The notes under the pieces: generated by a model
The model's input: only the letters and a program-made list of their open reading frames with translations
The model's database searches: none
Told to the model about the DNA's origin: nothing
Shown here: piece by piece, positions 52,501 to 64,000 of the stretch
How the letters are laid out: the number at the start of each line of letters is the position of its first letter
Numbering within the stretch: the first letter of the stretch is position 1
Origin: the human T2T-CHM13v2.0 reference genome, Homo sapiens
Reading direction: 5' to 3' (one strand)
Length of the DNA stretch: 64,000 nucleotides
Assembly (NCBI RefSeq): GCF_009914755.1
Contig: NC_060940.1
Program-made: the position numbers and the translations under genes

Positions 52501-55500
52501 CTAGACAGAAGATTTCTCAGTAACTTCTTTGTGTTGTGTGTATGCAACTCACAGAGTTCAACCTTCCTTTAGACAGAGCAGATTTGAAACACTCTTTTTG
52601 TGGAATTTGCAAGTGGAGATTTCAAGCGCTTCGATGCCAATGGTAGAAAAGGAAATATCTTCATATAAAAACAAGACAAACTCGTTCCCAGACACTGCGT
52701 AGTGATGTGTGTGTTTAACTCACAGAGTTTAACCTTTCTTTTCATACAGCATTCTGGAAACCCTCTGTTTGTAAAGTCTGCAAGTCGATATTTGGACCTC
52801 TTAGATGCCTTCGTTGGAAACGGGATTTCTTCATATAATGCTAGAGGGAAGAATTCTTAGTAACTTCTTTGTGTTGTGTGTATTCAACTGACAGAGTTGA
52901 ACCTTCCTTTAGACAGAGCAGATTTGAAAGTCTCTTTTTGTGGAATTTGCAAGTGGAGATTTCAAGCGCTTTGAGGCCAAAAGCAGAAAAGGAAATATTT
53001 TCCTATAAAACCTCGACAGAATCTTTCTCAGAAACTGCTCTGGGATGTGTGCGTTCAACTCACAGAGTTTAACTTTTCTTTTCATTCAGCGTTTGGAAAC
53101 ACTCTGTTTGGAAAGTCTGCCTTGGATATTTTGACCTCTTTGAGGCCTTCGTTGGAAACGGGTTTTTTTCATGTAAGGCTAGACAGAAGAAATCTCAGTA
53201 ACTTCCTTGTGTTGTGTGTATTCAACTGACAGAGTTGAACCTTCCTTTAGACAGAGCAGATTCGAAACACTCTTTTTCTGCAATTTGCAAGTGGAGACTT
53301 CAAGCGCTTTGAGGCCAAAGGCAGAAAAGGAAATATCTTCGTATAAGAAACCGACAGAATCATTCTCAGAAACTGCTCTGTGATGTGTGCGTTCAACTCA
53401 CAGAGTTTAACTTTTCTTTTCATTCAGCAGTTTGGAAACACTCTGTTTGTAAAGTCTGCAAGTGGATATCTTGGCCTCTTAGAGGCCTTCGTTGGAAACG
53501 GGTTTTTTCATGTAAGGATAGACAGAGGAATTCCCAGTAACTTCCTTGTGTTGTGTGCATTCAACTCACAGAGTTGAATGATTCTTTACACAGAGCAGAT
53601 TTGAGACACTCTTTTGGTGGAATTTGTAAGTGGAGAATTCAGCCGCTTTGAGGTCAACGGTAGAAAAGGAAATATCTTCGTATAAAAACTAGACAGAATG
53701 ATTCTCAGAAACTGTTTTGTGATGTGTGCGTTCAACTCACAGAGTTTAACCTTTCTTTTCAGAGAGCAGTTAGGAAACACTCTGTAAAGTCTGCAAGTGG
53801 ATATTCAGACCTCTTTGAGGCCTTCGTTGGAAACGGGATTTCTTCATATTATGCTAGACAGATGAATTCTCAGTAACTTCCTTGTGTTGTGTGTATTCAA
53901 CTCACAGAGTTGAACGATCCTTTACACAGAGCAGATTTGAAACACTGTTTTTCTGGAATTTGCAAGTGGAGATTTCAGCCGCTTTGAGGTCAATGGTAGA
54001 AAAGGAAATATCTTCGTATAAAAACTAGACAGAATGATTCTCAGAAACTCCTTTGTGATGTGTGCGTTCAACTCACAGAGTTTAACCTTTCTTTTCACAG
54101 AGCAGTTAGGAAACACTCTGTTTGTGAAGCCTGCCAGTGGATATTCGGACCTCTTTCAGGCCTTCGTTGGAAACGGGATTTCTTCATATTATGCTAGACA
54201 GAAGATTTCTCAGTAACTTCTTTGTGTTGTGTGTATGCAACTCACAGAGTTCAACCTTCCTTTAGACAGAGCAGATTTGAAACACTCTTTTTGTGGAATT
54301 TGCAAGTGGAGATTTCAAGCGCTTCGATGCCAATGGTAGAAAAGGAAATATCTTCGTATAAAAACAAGACAAACTCGTTCCCAGACACTGCGTAGTGATG
54401 TGTGTGTTTAACTCACAGAGTTTAACCTTTCTTTTCATACAGCATTCTGGAAACCCTCTGTTTGTAAAGTCTGCAAGTGGATATTTGGACCTCTTAGATG
54501 CCTTCGTTGGAAACGGGATTTCTTCATATAATGCTAGAGGGAAGAATTCTTAGTAACTTCTTTGTGTTGTGTGTATTCAACTGACAGAGTTGAACCTTCC
54601 TTTAGACAGAGCAGATTTGAAAGTCTCTTTTTGTGGAATTTGCAAGTGGAGATTTCAAGCGCTTTGAGGCCAAAAGCAGAAAAGGAAATATTTTCCTATA
54701 AAAACTAGAGAGAATCATTCTCAGAAACTGCTCTGTGATGTGTGTGTTCAACTCACAGAGTTTAACTTTCTTTTCATTCAGCAGTTTGGAAACACTCTGT
54801 TTGGAAAGTCTGCACGTGGATATTTTGACCTCTTTGAGGCCTTCGTTGGAAACGGGTTTTTTTCATGTAAGGCTAGACAGAAGAAATCTCAGTAACTTCC
54901 TTGTGTTGTGTGTATTCAACTGACAGAGTTGAACCTTCCTTTAGACAGAGCAGATTCGAAACGCTCTTTTTCTGCAATTTGCAAGTGGAGACTTCAAGCG
55001 CTTTGAGGCCAAAGGCAGAAAAGGAAATATCTTCGTAGAAAAACCCGACAGAATCATTCTCAGAAACTGCTCTGTGATGTGTGCGTTCAACTCACAGAGT
55101 TTAACTTTTCTTTTCATTCAGCAGTTTGGAAACACTCTGTTTGTAAAGTCTGCAAGTGGATATCTTGGCCTCTTAGAGGCCTTCGTTGGAAACGCGTTTT
55201 TTCATGTAAGGTTAGACAGAGGAATTCCCAGTAACTTCCTTGTGTTGTGTGCATTCAACTCACAGAGTTGAATGATTCTTTACACAGAGCAGATTTGAGA
55301 CACTCTTTTGGTGGAATTTGTAAGTGTAGAATTCAGCTGCTTTGAGGTCAACGGTAGAAAAGGAAATATCTTCGTATAGAAACTAGACAGAATGATTCTC
55401 AGAAACTGTTTTGTGATGTGTGCGTTCAACTCACAGAGTTTAACCTTTCTTTTCAAAGAGCAGTTAGGAAACACTCTGTTTGTAAAGTCTGCAAGTGGAT

Positions 55501-58500
55501 ATTCAGACCTCTTTGAAGCCTTCGTTGGAAACGGGATTTCATCATATTATGCTAGACAGATGAATTCTCAGTAACTTCCTTGTGTTGTGTGTATTCAACT
55601 CACAGAGTTGAACGATCCTTTACACAGAGCAGATTTGAAACACTGTTTTTCTGGAATTTGCAAGTGGAGATTTCAGCCGCTTTGAGGTCAATGGTAGAAA
55701 AGGAAATATCTTCGTATAAAAACTGGACAGAATGATTCTCAGAAACTCCTTTGTGATGTGTGCGTTCAACTCACAGAGTTTAACCTTTCTTTTCACAGAG
55801 CAGTTAGGAAACACTCTGTTTGTGAAGCCTGCCAGGGGATATTCGGACCTCTTTGAGGCCTTCGTTGGAAACGGGATTTCTTCATATTTTGCTAGACAGA
55901 AGATTTCTCAGTAACTTCTTTGTGTTGTGTGTATACAGCTCACAGAGTTCAACCTTCCTTTAGACAGAGCAGATTTGAAACACTCTTTTTGTGGAATTTG
56001 CAAGTGGAAATTTCAAGCGCATCGATGCCAATGGTAGAAAAGGAAATATCTTCGTATAAAAACAAGACAAACTCGTTCCCAGACACTGCGTAGTGATGTG
56101 TGTGTTTAACTCACAGAGTTTAACCTTTCTTTTCATACAGCATTCTGGAAACCCTGTGTTTGTAAAGTCTGCAAGTGGATATTTGGACCTCTTAGATGCC
56201 TTCGTTGGAAACGGGATTTCCTCATATAATGCTAGAGGGAAGAATTCTTAGTAACTTCTTTGTGTTGTGTGTATTCAACTGACAGAGTTGAACCTTCCTT
56301 TAGACAGAGCAGATTTGAAAGTCTCTTTTTGTGGAATTTGCAAGTGGAGATTTCAAGCGCTTTGAGGCCGAAAGCAGAAAAGGAAATATTTTCTAATAAA
56401 AACTAGACAGAATCTTTCTCAGAAACTGCTCTGGGATGTGTGCGTTCAACTCACAGAGTTTAACTTTTCTTTTCATTCAGCAGTTTGGAAACACTCTGTT
56501 TGGAAAGTCTGCACGTGGATATTTTGACCTCTTTGAGGCCTTCGTTGGAAACGGGTTTTTTTCATGTAAGGCTAGACAGAAGAAATCTCAGTAACTTCCT
56601 TGTGTTGTGTGTATTCAACTGACAGAGTTGAACCTTCCTTTGACAGAGCAGATTCGAAACACTCTTTTTCTGCAATTTGCAAGTGGAGACTTCAAGCGCT
56701 TTGAGGCCAAAGGCAGAAAAGGAAATATCTTCGTATAAAAACCCGACAGAATCATTCTCAGAAACTGCTCTGTGATGTGTGCGTTCAACTCACAGAGTTT
56801 AACTTTTCTTTTCATTCAGCAGTTTGGAAACACTCTGTTTGTAAAGTCTGCAAGTGGATATCTTGGCCTCTTAGAGGCCTTCGTTGGAAACGGGTTTTTT
56901 CATTTAAGGTTAGACAGAGGAATTCCCAGTAACTTCCTTGTGTTGTGTGCATTCAACTCACAGAGTTGAATGATTCTTTACACAGAGCAGATTTGAGACA
57001 CTCTTTGGGTGGAATTTGTAAGTGGAGAATTCAGCCGCTTTGAGGTCAACGGTAGAAAAGGAAATATCTTCGTATAAAAACTAGACAGAATGATTCTCAG
57101 AAACTGTTTTGTGATGTGTGCGTTCAACTCACAGAGTTTAACCTTTCTTTTCAAAGAGCAGTTAGGAAACACTCTGTAAAGTCTGCAAGTGGATATTCAG
57201 ACCTCTTTGAGGCCTTCGTTGGAAACGGGATTTCTTCATATTATGCTAGACAGATGAATTCTCAGTAACTTCCTTGTGTTGTGTGTATTCAACTCACAGA
57301 GTTGAACGATCCTTTACACAGAGCAGATTTGAAACACTGTTTTTCTGGAATTTGCAAGTGGAGATTTCAGCCGCTTTGAGGTCAATGGTAGAAAAGGAAA
57401 TATCTTCGTATAAAAACTAGACAGAATGATTCTCAGAAACTCCTTTGTGATGTGTGCGTTCAACTCACAGAGTTTAACCTTTCTTTTCACAGAGCAGTTA
57501 GGAAACACTCTGTTTGTGAAGCCTGCCAGTGGATATTCGGACCTCTTTGAGGCCTTCGTTGGAAACGGGATTTCTTCATATTATGCTAGACAGAAGATTT
57601 CTCAGTAACTTCTTTGTGTTGTGTGTATGCAACTCACAGAGTTCAACCTTCCTTTAGACAGAGCAGATTTGAAACACTCTTTTTGTGGAATTTGCAAGTG
57701 GAGATTTCAAGCGCTTCGATGCCAATGGTAGAAAAGGAAATATCTTCGTATAAAAACAAGACAAACTCGTTCCCAGACACTGCGTAGTGATGTGTGTGTT
57801 TAACTCACAGAGTTTAACCTTTCTTTTCATACAGCATTCTGGAAACCCTCTGTTTGTAAAGTCTGCAAGTGGATATTTGGACCTCTTAGATGCCTTCGTT
57901 GGAAACGGGATTTCTTCATATAATGCTAGAGGGAAGAATTCTTAGTAACTTCTTTGTGTTGTGTGTATTCAACTGACAGAGTTGAACCTTCCTTTAGACA
58001 GAGCAGATTTGAAAGTCTCTTTTTGTGGAATTTGCAAGTGGAGATTTCAAGCGCTTTGAGGCCAAAAGCAGAAAAGGAAATATTTTCCTATAAAACCTCG
58101 ACAGAATCTTTCTCAGAAACTGCTCTGGGATGTGTGCGTTCAACTCACAGAGTTTAACTTTTCTTTTCATTCAGCAGTTTGGAAACACTCTGTTTGGAAA
58201 GTCTGCACGTGGATATTTTGACCTCTTTGAGGCCTTCGTTGGAAACGGGTTTTTTTCATGTAAGGCTAGACAGAAGAAATCTCAGTAACTTCCTTGTGTT
58301 GTGTGTATTCAACTGACAGAGTTGAACCTTCCTTTAGACAGAGCAGATTCGAAACACTCTTTTTCTGCAATTTGCAAGTGGAGACTTCAAGCGCTTTGAG
58401 GCCAAAGGCAGAAAAGGAAATATCTTCGTATAAAAACCCGACAGAATCATTCTCAGAAACTGCTCTGTGATGTGTGCGTTCAACTCACAGAGTTTAACTT

Positions 58501-61500
58501 TTCTTTTCATTCAGCAGTTTGGAAACACTCTGTTTGTAAAGTCTGCAAGTGGATATCTTGGCCTCTTAGAGGCCTTCGTTGGAAACGGGTTTTTTCATGT
58601 AAGGATAGACAGAGGAATTCCCAGTAACTTCCTTGTGTTGTGTGCATTCAACTCACAGAGTTGAACGATTCTTTACACAGAGCAGATTTGAGACACTCTT
58701 TTGGTGGAATTTGTAAGTGGAGAATTCAGCCGCTTTGAGGTCAACGGTAGAAAAGGAAATATCTTCGTATAAAAACTAGACAGAATGATTCTCAGAAACT
58801 GTTTTGTGATGTGTGCGTTCAACTCACAGAGTTTAACCTTTCTTTTCAGAGAGCAGTTAGGAAACACTCTGTAAAGTCTGCAAGTGGATATTCAGACCTC
58901 TTTGAGGCCTTCCTTGGAAACGGGATTTCTTCATATTATGCTAGACAGATGAATTCTCAGTAACTTCCTTGTGTTGTGTGTATTCAACTCACAGAGTTGA
59001 ACGATCCTTTACACAGAGCAGATTTGAAACACTGTTTTTCTGGAATTTGCAAGTGGAGATTTCAGCCGCTTTGAGGTCAATGGTAGAAAAGGAAATATCT
59101 TCGTATAAAAACTAGACAGAATGATTCTCAGAAACTCCTTTGTGATGTGTGCGTTCAACTCACAGAGTTTAACCTTTCTTTTCACAGAGCAGTTAGGAAA
59201 CACTCTGTTTGTGAAGCCTGCCAGTGGATATTCGGACCTCTTTCAGGCCTTCGTTGGAAACGGGATTTCTTCATATTATGCTAGACAGAAGATTTCTCAG
59301 TAACTTCTTTGTGTTGTGTGTATGCAAATCACAGAGTTCAACCTTCCTTTAGACAGAGCAGATTTGAAACACTCTTTTTGTGGAATTTGCAAGTGGAGAT
59401 TTCAAGCGCTTCGATGCCAATGGTAGAAAAGGAAATATCTTCGTATAAAAACAAGACAAACTCGTTCCCAGACACTGCGTAGTGATGTGTGTGTTTAACT
59501 CACAGAGTTTCACCTTTCTTTTCATACAGCATTCTGGAAACCCTCTGTTTGTAAAGTCTGCAAGTCGATATTTGGACCTCTTAGATGCCTTCGTTGGAAA
59601 CGGGATTTCTTCATATAATGCTAGAGGGAAGAATTCTTAGTAACTTCTTTGTGTTGTGTGTATTCAACTGACAGAGTTGAACCTTCCTTTAGACAGAGCA
59701 GATTTGAAAGTCTCTTTTTGTGGAATTTGCAAGTGGAGATTTCAAGCGCTTTGAGGCCAAAAGCAGAAAAGGAAATATTTTCCTATAAAACCTCGACAGA
59801 ATCTTTCTCAGAAACTGCTCTGGGATGTGTGCGTTCAACTCACAGAGTTTAACTTTTCTTTTCATTCAGCAGTTTGGAAACACTCTGTTTGGAAAGTCTG
59901 CACGTGGATATTTTGACCTCTTTGAGGCCTTCGTTGGAAACGGGTTTTTTTCATGTAAGGCTAGACAGAAGAAATCTCAGTAACTTCCTTGTGTTGTGTG
60001 TATTCAACTGACAGAGTTGAACCTTCCTTTAGACAGAGCAGATTCGAAACACTCTTTTTCTGCAATTTGCAAGTGGAGACTTCAAGCGCTTTGAGGCCAA
60101 AGGCAGAAAAGGAAATATCTTCGTATAAAAACCCGACAGAATCATTCTCAGAAACTGCTCTGTGATGTGTGCGTTCAACTCACAGAGTTTAACTTTTCTT
60201 TTCATTCAGCAGTTTGGAAACACTCTGTTTGTAAAGTCTGCAAGTGGATATCTTGGCCTCTTAGAGGCCTTCGTTGGAAACGGGTTTTTTCATGTAAGGA
60301 TAGACAGAGGAATTCCCAGTAACTTCCTTGTGTTGTGTGCATTCAACTCACAGAGTTGAACGATTCTTTACACAGAGCAGATTTGAGACACTCTTTTGGT
60401 GGAATTTGTAAGTGGAGAATTCAGCCGCTTTGAGGTCAACGGTAGAAAAGGAAATATCTTCGTATAAAAACTAGACAGAATGATTCTCAGAAACTGTTTT
60501 GTGATGTGTGCGTTCAACTCACAGAGTTTAACCTTTCTTTTCAGAGAGCAGTTAGGAAACACTCTGTAAAGTCTGCAAGTGGATATTCAGACCTCTTTGA
60601 GGCCTTCGTTGGAAACGGGATTTCTTCATATTATGCTAGACAGATGAATTCTCAGTAACTTCCTTGTGTTGTGTGTATTCAACTCACAGAGTTGAACGAT
60701 CCTTTACACAGAGCAGATTTGAAACACTGTTTTTCTGGAATTTGCAAGTGGAGATTTCAGCCGCTTTGAGGTCAATTGTAGAAAAGGAAATATCTTCGTA
60801 TAAAAACTAGACAGAATGATTCTCAGAAACTCCTTTGTGATGTGTGCGTTCAACTCACAGAGTTTAACCTTTCTTTTCACAGAGCAGTTAGGAAACACTC
60901 TGTTTGTGAAGCCTGCCAGTGGATATTCGGACCTCTTTCAGGCCTTCGTTGGAAACGGGATTTCTTCATATTATGCTAGACAGAAGATTTCTCAGTAACT
61001 TCTTTGTGTTGTGTGTATGCAACTCACAGAGTTCAACCTTCCTTTAGACAGAGCAGATTTGAAACACTCTTTTTGTGGAATTTGCAAGTGGAGATTTCAA
61101 GCGCTTCGATGCCAATGGTAGAAAAGGAAATATCTTCATATAAAAACAAGACAAACTCGTTCCCAGACACTGCGTAGTGATGTGTGTGTTTAACTCACAG
61201 AGTTTAACCTTTCTTTTCATACAGCATTCTGGAAACCCTCTGTTTGTAAAGTCTGCAAGTCGATATTTGGACCTCTTAGATGCCTTCGTTGGAAACGGGA
61301 TTTCTTCATATAATGCTAGAGGGAAGAATTCTTAGTAACTTCTTTGTGTTGTGTGTATTCAACTGACAGAGTTGAACCTTCCTTTAGACAGAGCAGATTT
61401 GAAAGTCTCTTTTTGTGGAATTTGCAAGTGGAGATTTCAAGCGCTTTGAGGCCAAAAGCAGAAAAGGAAATATTTTCCTATAAAACCTCGACAGAATCTT

Positions 61501-62830
61501 TCTCAGAAACTGCTCTGGGATGTGTGCGTTCAACTCACAGAGTTTAACTTTTCTTTTCATTCAGCGTTTGGAAACACTCTGTTTGGAAAGTCTGCCTTGG
61601 ATATTTTGACCTCTTTGAGGCCTTCGTTGGAAACGGGTTTTTTTCATGTAAGGCTAGACAGAAGAAATCTCAGTAACTTCCTTGTGTTGTGTGTATTCAA
61701 CTGACAGAGTTGAACCTTCCTTTAGACAGAGCAGATTCGAAACACTCTTTTTCTGCAATTTGCAAGTGGAGACTTCAAGCGCTTTGAGGCCAAAGGCAGA
61801 AAAGGAAATATCTTCGTATAAGAACCCGACAGAATCATTCTCAGAAACTGCTCTGTGATGTGTGCGTTCAACTCACAGAGTTTAACTTTTCTTTTCATTC
61901 AGCAGTTTGGAAACACTCTGTTTGTAAAGTCTGCAAGTGGATATCTTGGCCTCTTAGAGGCCTTCGTTGGAAACGGGTTTTTTCATGTAAGGATAGACAG
62001 AGGAATTCCCAGTAACTTCCTTGTGTTGTGTGCATTCAACTCACAGAGTTGAATGATTCTTTACACAGAGCAGATTTGAGACACTCTTTTGGTGGAATTT
62101 GTAAGTGGAGAATTCAGCCGCTTTGAGGTCAACGGTAGAAAAGGAAATATCTTCGTATAAAAACTAGACAGAATGATTCTCAGAAACTGTTTTGTGATGT
62201 GTGCGTTCAACTCACAGAGTTTAACCTTTCTTTTCAGAGAGCAGTTAGGAAACACTCTGTAAAGTCTGCAAGTGGATATTCAGACCTCTTTGAGGCCTTC
62301 GTTGGAAACGGGATTTCTTCATATTATGCTAGACAGATGAATTCTCAGTAACTTCCTTGTGTTGTGTGTATTCAACTCACAGAGTTGAACGATCCTTTAC
62401 ACAGAGCAGATTTGAAACACTGTTTTTCTGGAATTTGCAAGTGGAGATTTCAGCCGCTTTGAGGTCAATGGTAGAAAAGGAAATATCTTCGTATAAAAAC
62501 TAGACAGAATGATTCTCAGAAACTCCTTTGTGATGTGTGCGTTCAACTCACAGAGTTTAACCTTTCTTTTCACAGAGCAGTTAGGAAACACTCTGTTTGT
62601 GAAGCCTGCCAGTGGATATTCGGACCTCTTTCAGGCCTTCGTTGGAAACGGGATTTCTTCATATTATGCTAGACAGAAGATTTCTCAGTAACTTCTTTGT
62701 GTTGTGTGTATGCAACTCACAGAGTTCAACCTTCCTTTAGACAGAGCAGATTTGAAACACTCTTTTTGTGGAATTTGCAAGTGGAGATTTCAAGCGCTTC
62801 GATGCCAATGGTAGAAAAGGAAATATCTTC
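43550..62830 (+). repeat. Second 5-HOR super-repeat (period 8475-8476 bp, ~2.3 copies, slightly diverged)
   Basis: The haplotype order AQ-F-B-C-A* repeats: 44571/53047/61522, 46598/55074, 48297/56772, 50434/58909, 43753/52229/60704. Confidence 0.82.
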
Positions 62831-64000
62831 ATATAAAAACAAGACAAACTCGTTCCCAGACACTGCGTAGTGATGTGTGTGTTTAACTCACAGAGTTTAA
62901 CCTTTCTTTTCATACAGCATTCTGGAAACCCTCTGTTTGTAAAGTCTGCAAGTCGATATTTGGACCTCTTAGATGCCTTCGTTGGAAACGGGATTTCTTC
63001 ATATAATGCTAGAGGGAAGAATTCTTAGTAACTTCTTTGTGTTGTGTGTATTCAACTGACAGAGTTGAACCTTCCTTTAGACAGAGCAGATTTGAAAGTC
63101 TCTTTTTGTGGAATTTGCAAGTGGAGATTTCAAGCGCTTTGAGGCCAAAAGCAGAAAAGGAAATATTTTCCTATAAAACCTCGACAGAATCTTTCTCAGA
63201 AACTGCTCTGGGATGTGTGCGTTCAACTCACAGAGTTTAACTTTTCTTTTCATTCAGCGTTTGGAAACACTCTGTTTGGAAAGTCTGCCTTGGATATTTT
63301 GACCTCTTTGAGGCCTTCGTTGGAAACGGGTTTTTTTCATGTAAGGCTAGACAGAAGAAATCTCAGTAACTTCCTTGTGTTGTGTGTATTCAACTGACAG
63401 AGTTGAACCTTCCTTTAGACAGAGCAGATTCGAAACACTCTTTTTCTGCAATTTGCAAGTGGAGACTTCAAGCGCTTTGAGGCCAAAGGCAGAAAAGGAA
63501 ATATCTTCGTATAAGAACCCGACAGAATCATTCTCAGAAACTGCTCTGTGATGTGTGCGTTCAACTCACAGAGTTTAACTTTTCTTTTCATTCAGCAGTT
63601 TGGAAACACTCTGTTTGTAAAGTCTGCAAGTGGATATCTTGGCCTCTTAGAGGCCTTCGTTGGAAACGGGTTTTTTCATGTAAGGATAGACAGAGGAATT
63701 CCCAGTAACTTCCTTGTGTTGTGTGCATTCAACTCACAGAGTTGAATGATTCTTTACACAGAGCAGATTTGAGACACTCTTTTGGTGGAATTTGTAAGTG
63801 GAGAATTCAGCCGCTTTGAGGTCAACGGTAGAAAAGGAAATATCTTCGTATAAAAACTAGACAGAATGATTCTCAGAAACTGTTTTGTGATGTGTGCGTT
63901 CAACTCACAGAGTTTAACCTTTCTTTTCAGAGAGCAGTTAGGAAACACTCTGTAAAGTCTGCAAGTGGATATTCAGACCTCTTTGAGGCCTTCGTTGGAA

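Larger units (their letters stand above)
1..64000 (+). repeat. Centromeric alpha satellite higher-order repeat array, SF1 (J1/J2 dimeric), 10-mer HOR of ~1.695 kb, ~37.8 tandem copies
   Basis: ~171-bp monomers carry the canonical alphoid motifs (ATTCTCAGAAACT, TCAACTCACAGAGTT, GGAAACACTCT, TGCAAGTGGA, CTTCGTTGGAAACGGG). The unique marker ACAAGACAAACTCGTTCCCAGACACTGCG and the ORF-track copies (832, 2523, 4218, 5912 ... 61855, 63548) recur every 1691-1699 bp. Orientation is the same throughout. Confidence 0.99.
1..64000 (+). other. Probable identity: human chromosome 16 active centromeric array D16Z2 (S1C16H1L)
   Basis: Dimers match the SF1 EcoRI-dimer consensus as recalled (GAACGATCCTTTACACAGAGCAG, TTCAGCCGCTTTGAGGTCAATGGTAG, GCAGTTAGGAAACACTCTG, CATATTATGCTAGACAG). 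Among human SF1 live arrays the 10-mer/1.7-kb HOR is the chr16 one. Not confirmed by alignment. Confidence 0.8.

Noticed and set aside
319-63948. All 60-70 aa ORFs on both strands in the ORF track
   Set aside because: They recur with the satellite period, are made or broken by HOR indels and SNVs, mostly use non-ATG or incidental starts and resemble no protein family. Similar database entries are known alphoid contamination artefacts.
259-64000. CRISPR-like or other repeat-spacer array suggested by the regularly spaced 17-bp motif
   Set aside because: The intervening ~320 bp are homologous satellite monomers and not unique spacers. There is no leader and there are no cas genes. The motif is the CENP-B box.
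1-64000. Transposon insertion (L1/Alu), inversion, or HOR structural variant with altered monomer number
   Set aside because: HOR spacing stays at 1691-1699 bp throughout and orientation never changes, leaving no room for an insertion or monomer loss.
1-64000. Claim that this window is the CENP-A/kinetochore (CDR) domain
   Set aside because: High homogeneity and dense CENP-B boxes fit a live array, but the kinetochore site is defined epigenetically and cannot be read from sequence.

Overview
The whole 64-kb window is one uninterrupted, head-to-tail array of primate (almost certainly human) centromeric alpha satellite. It consists of ~171-bp monomers in alternating A/B dimers (~340 bp) of suprachromosomal family 1 (J1/J2), with a CENP-B box in every second monomer. 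These form a 10-monomer higher-order repeat (HOR) of 1691-1699 bp, present in about 37.8 copies. An SF1 10-mer of ~1.7 kb best fits the chromosome 16 live array D16Z2 (S1C16H1L), an assignment made from recall and not from alignment. I see no genes, transposon insertions, inversions or HORs with a different monomer number, and every ORF in the track is a chance by-product of the repeat. I found no evidence of a new gene-encoded system. The real information lies in shared variants between HOR copies. They define about 6 HOR haplotypes, nested tandem duplications of 1, 2 and 5 HORs with mappable in-register junctions, longer-range related blocks (~20.3 and ~40.7 kb apart), an apparent conversion patch, and two amplified lineages of CENP-B-box-breaking mutations. 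All comparisons were made by eye, so breakpoints are intervals.
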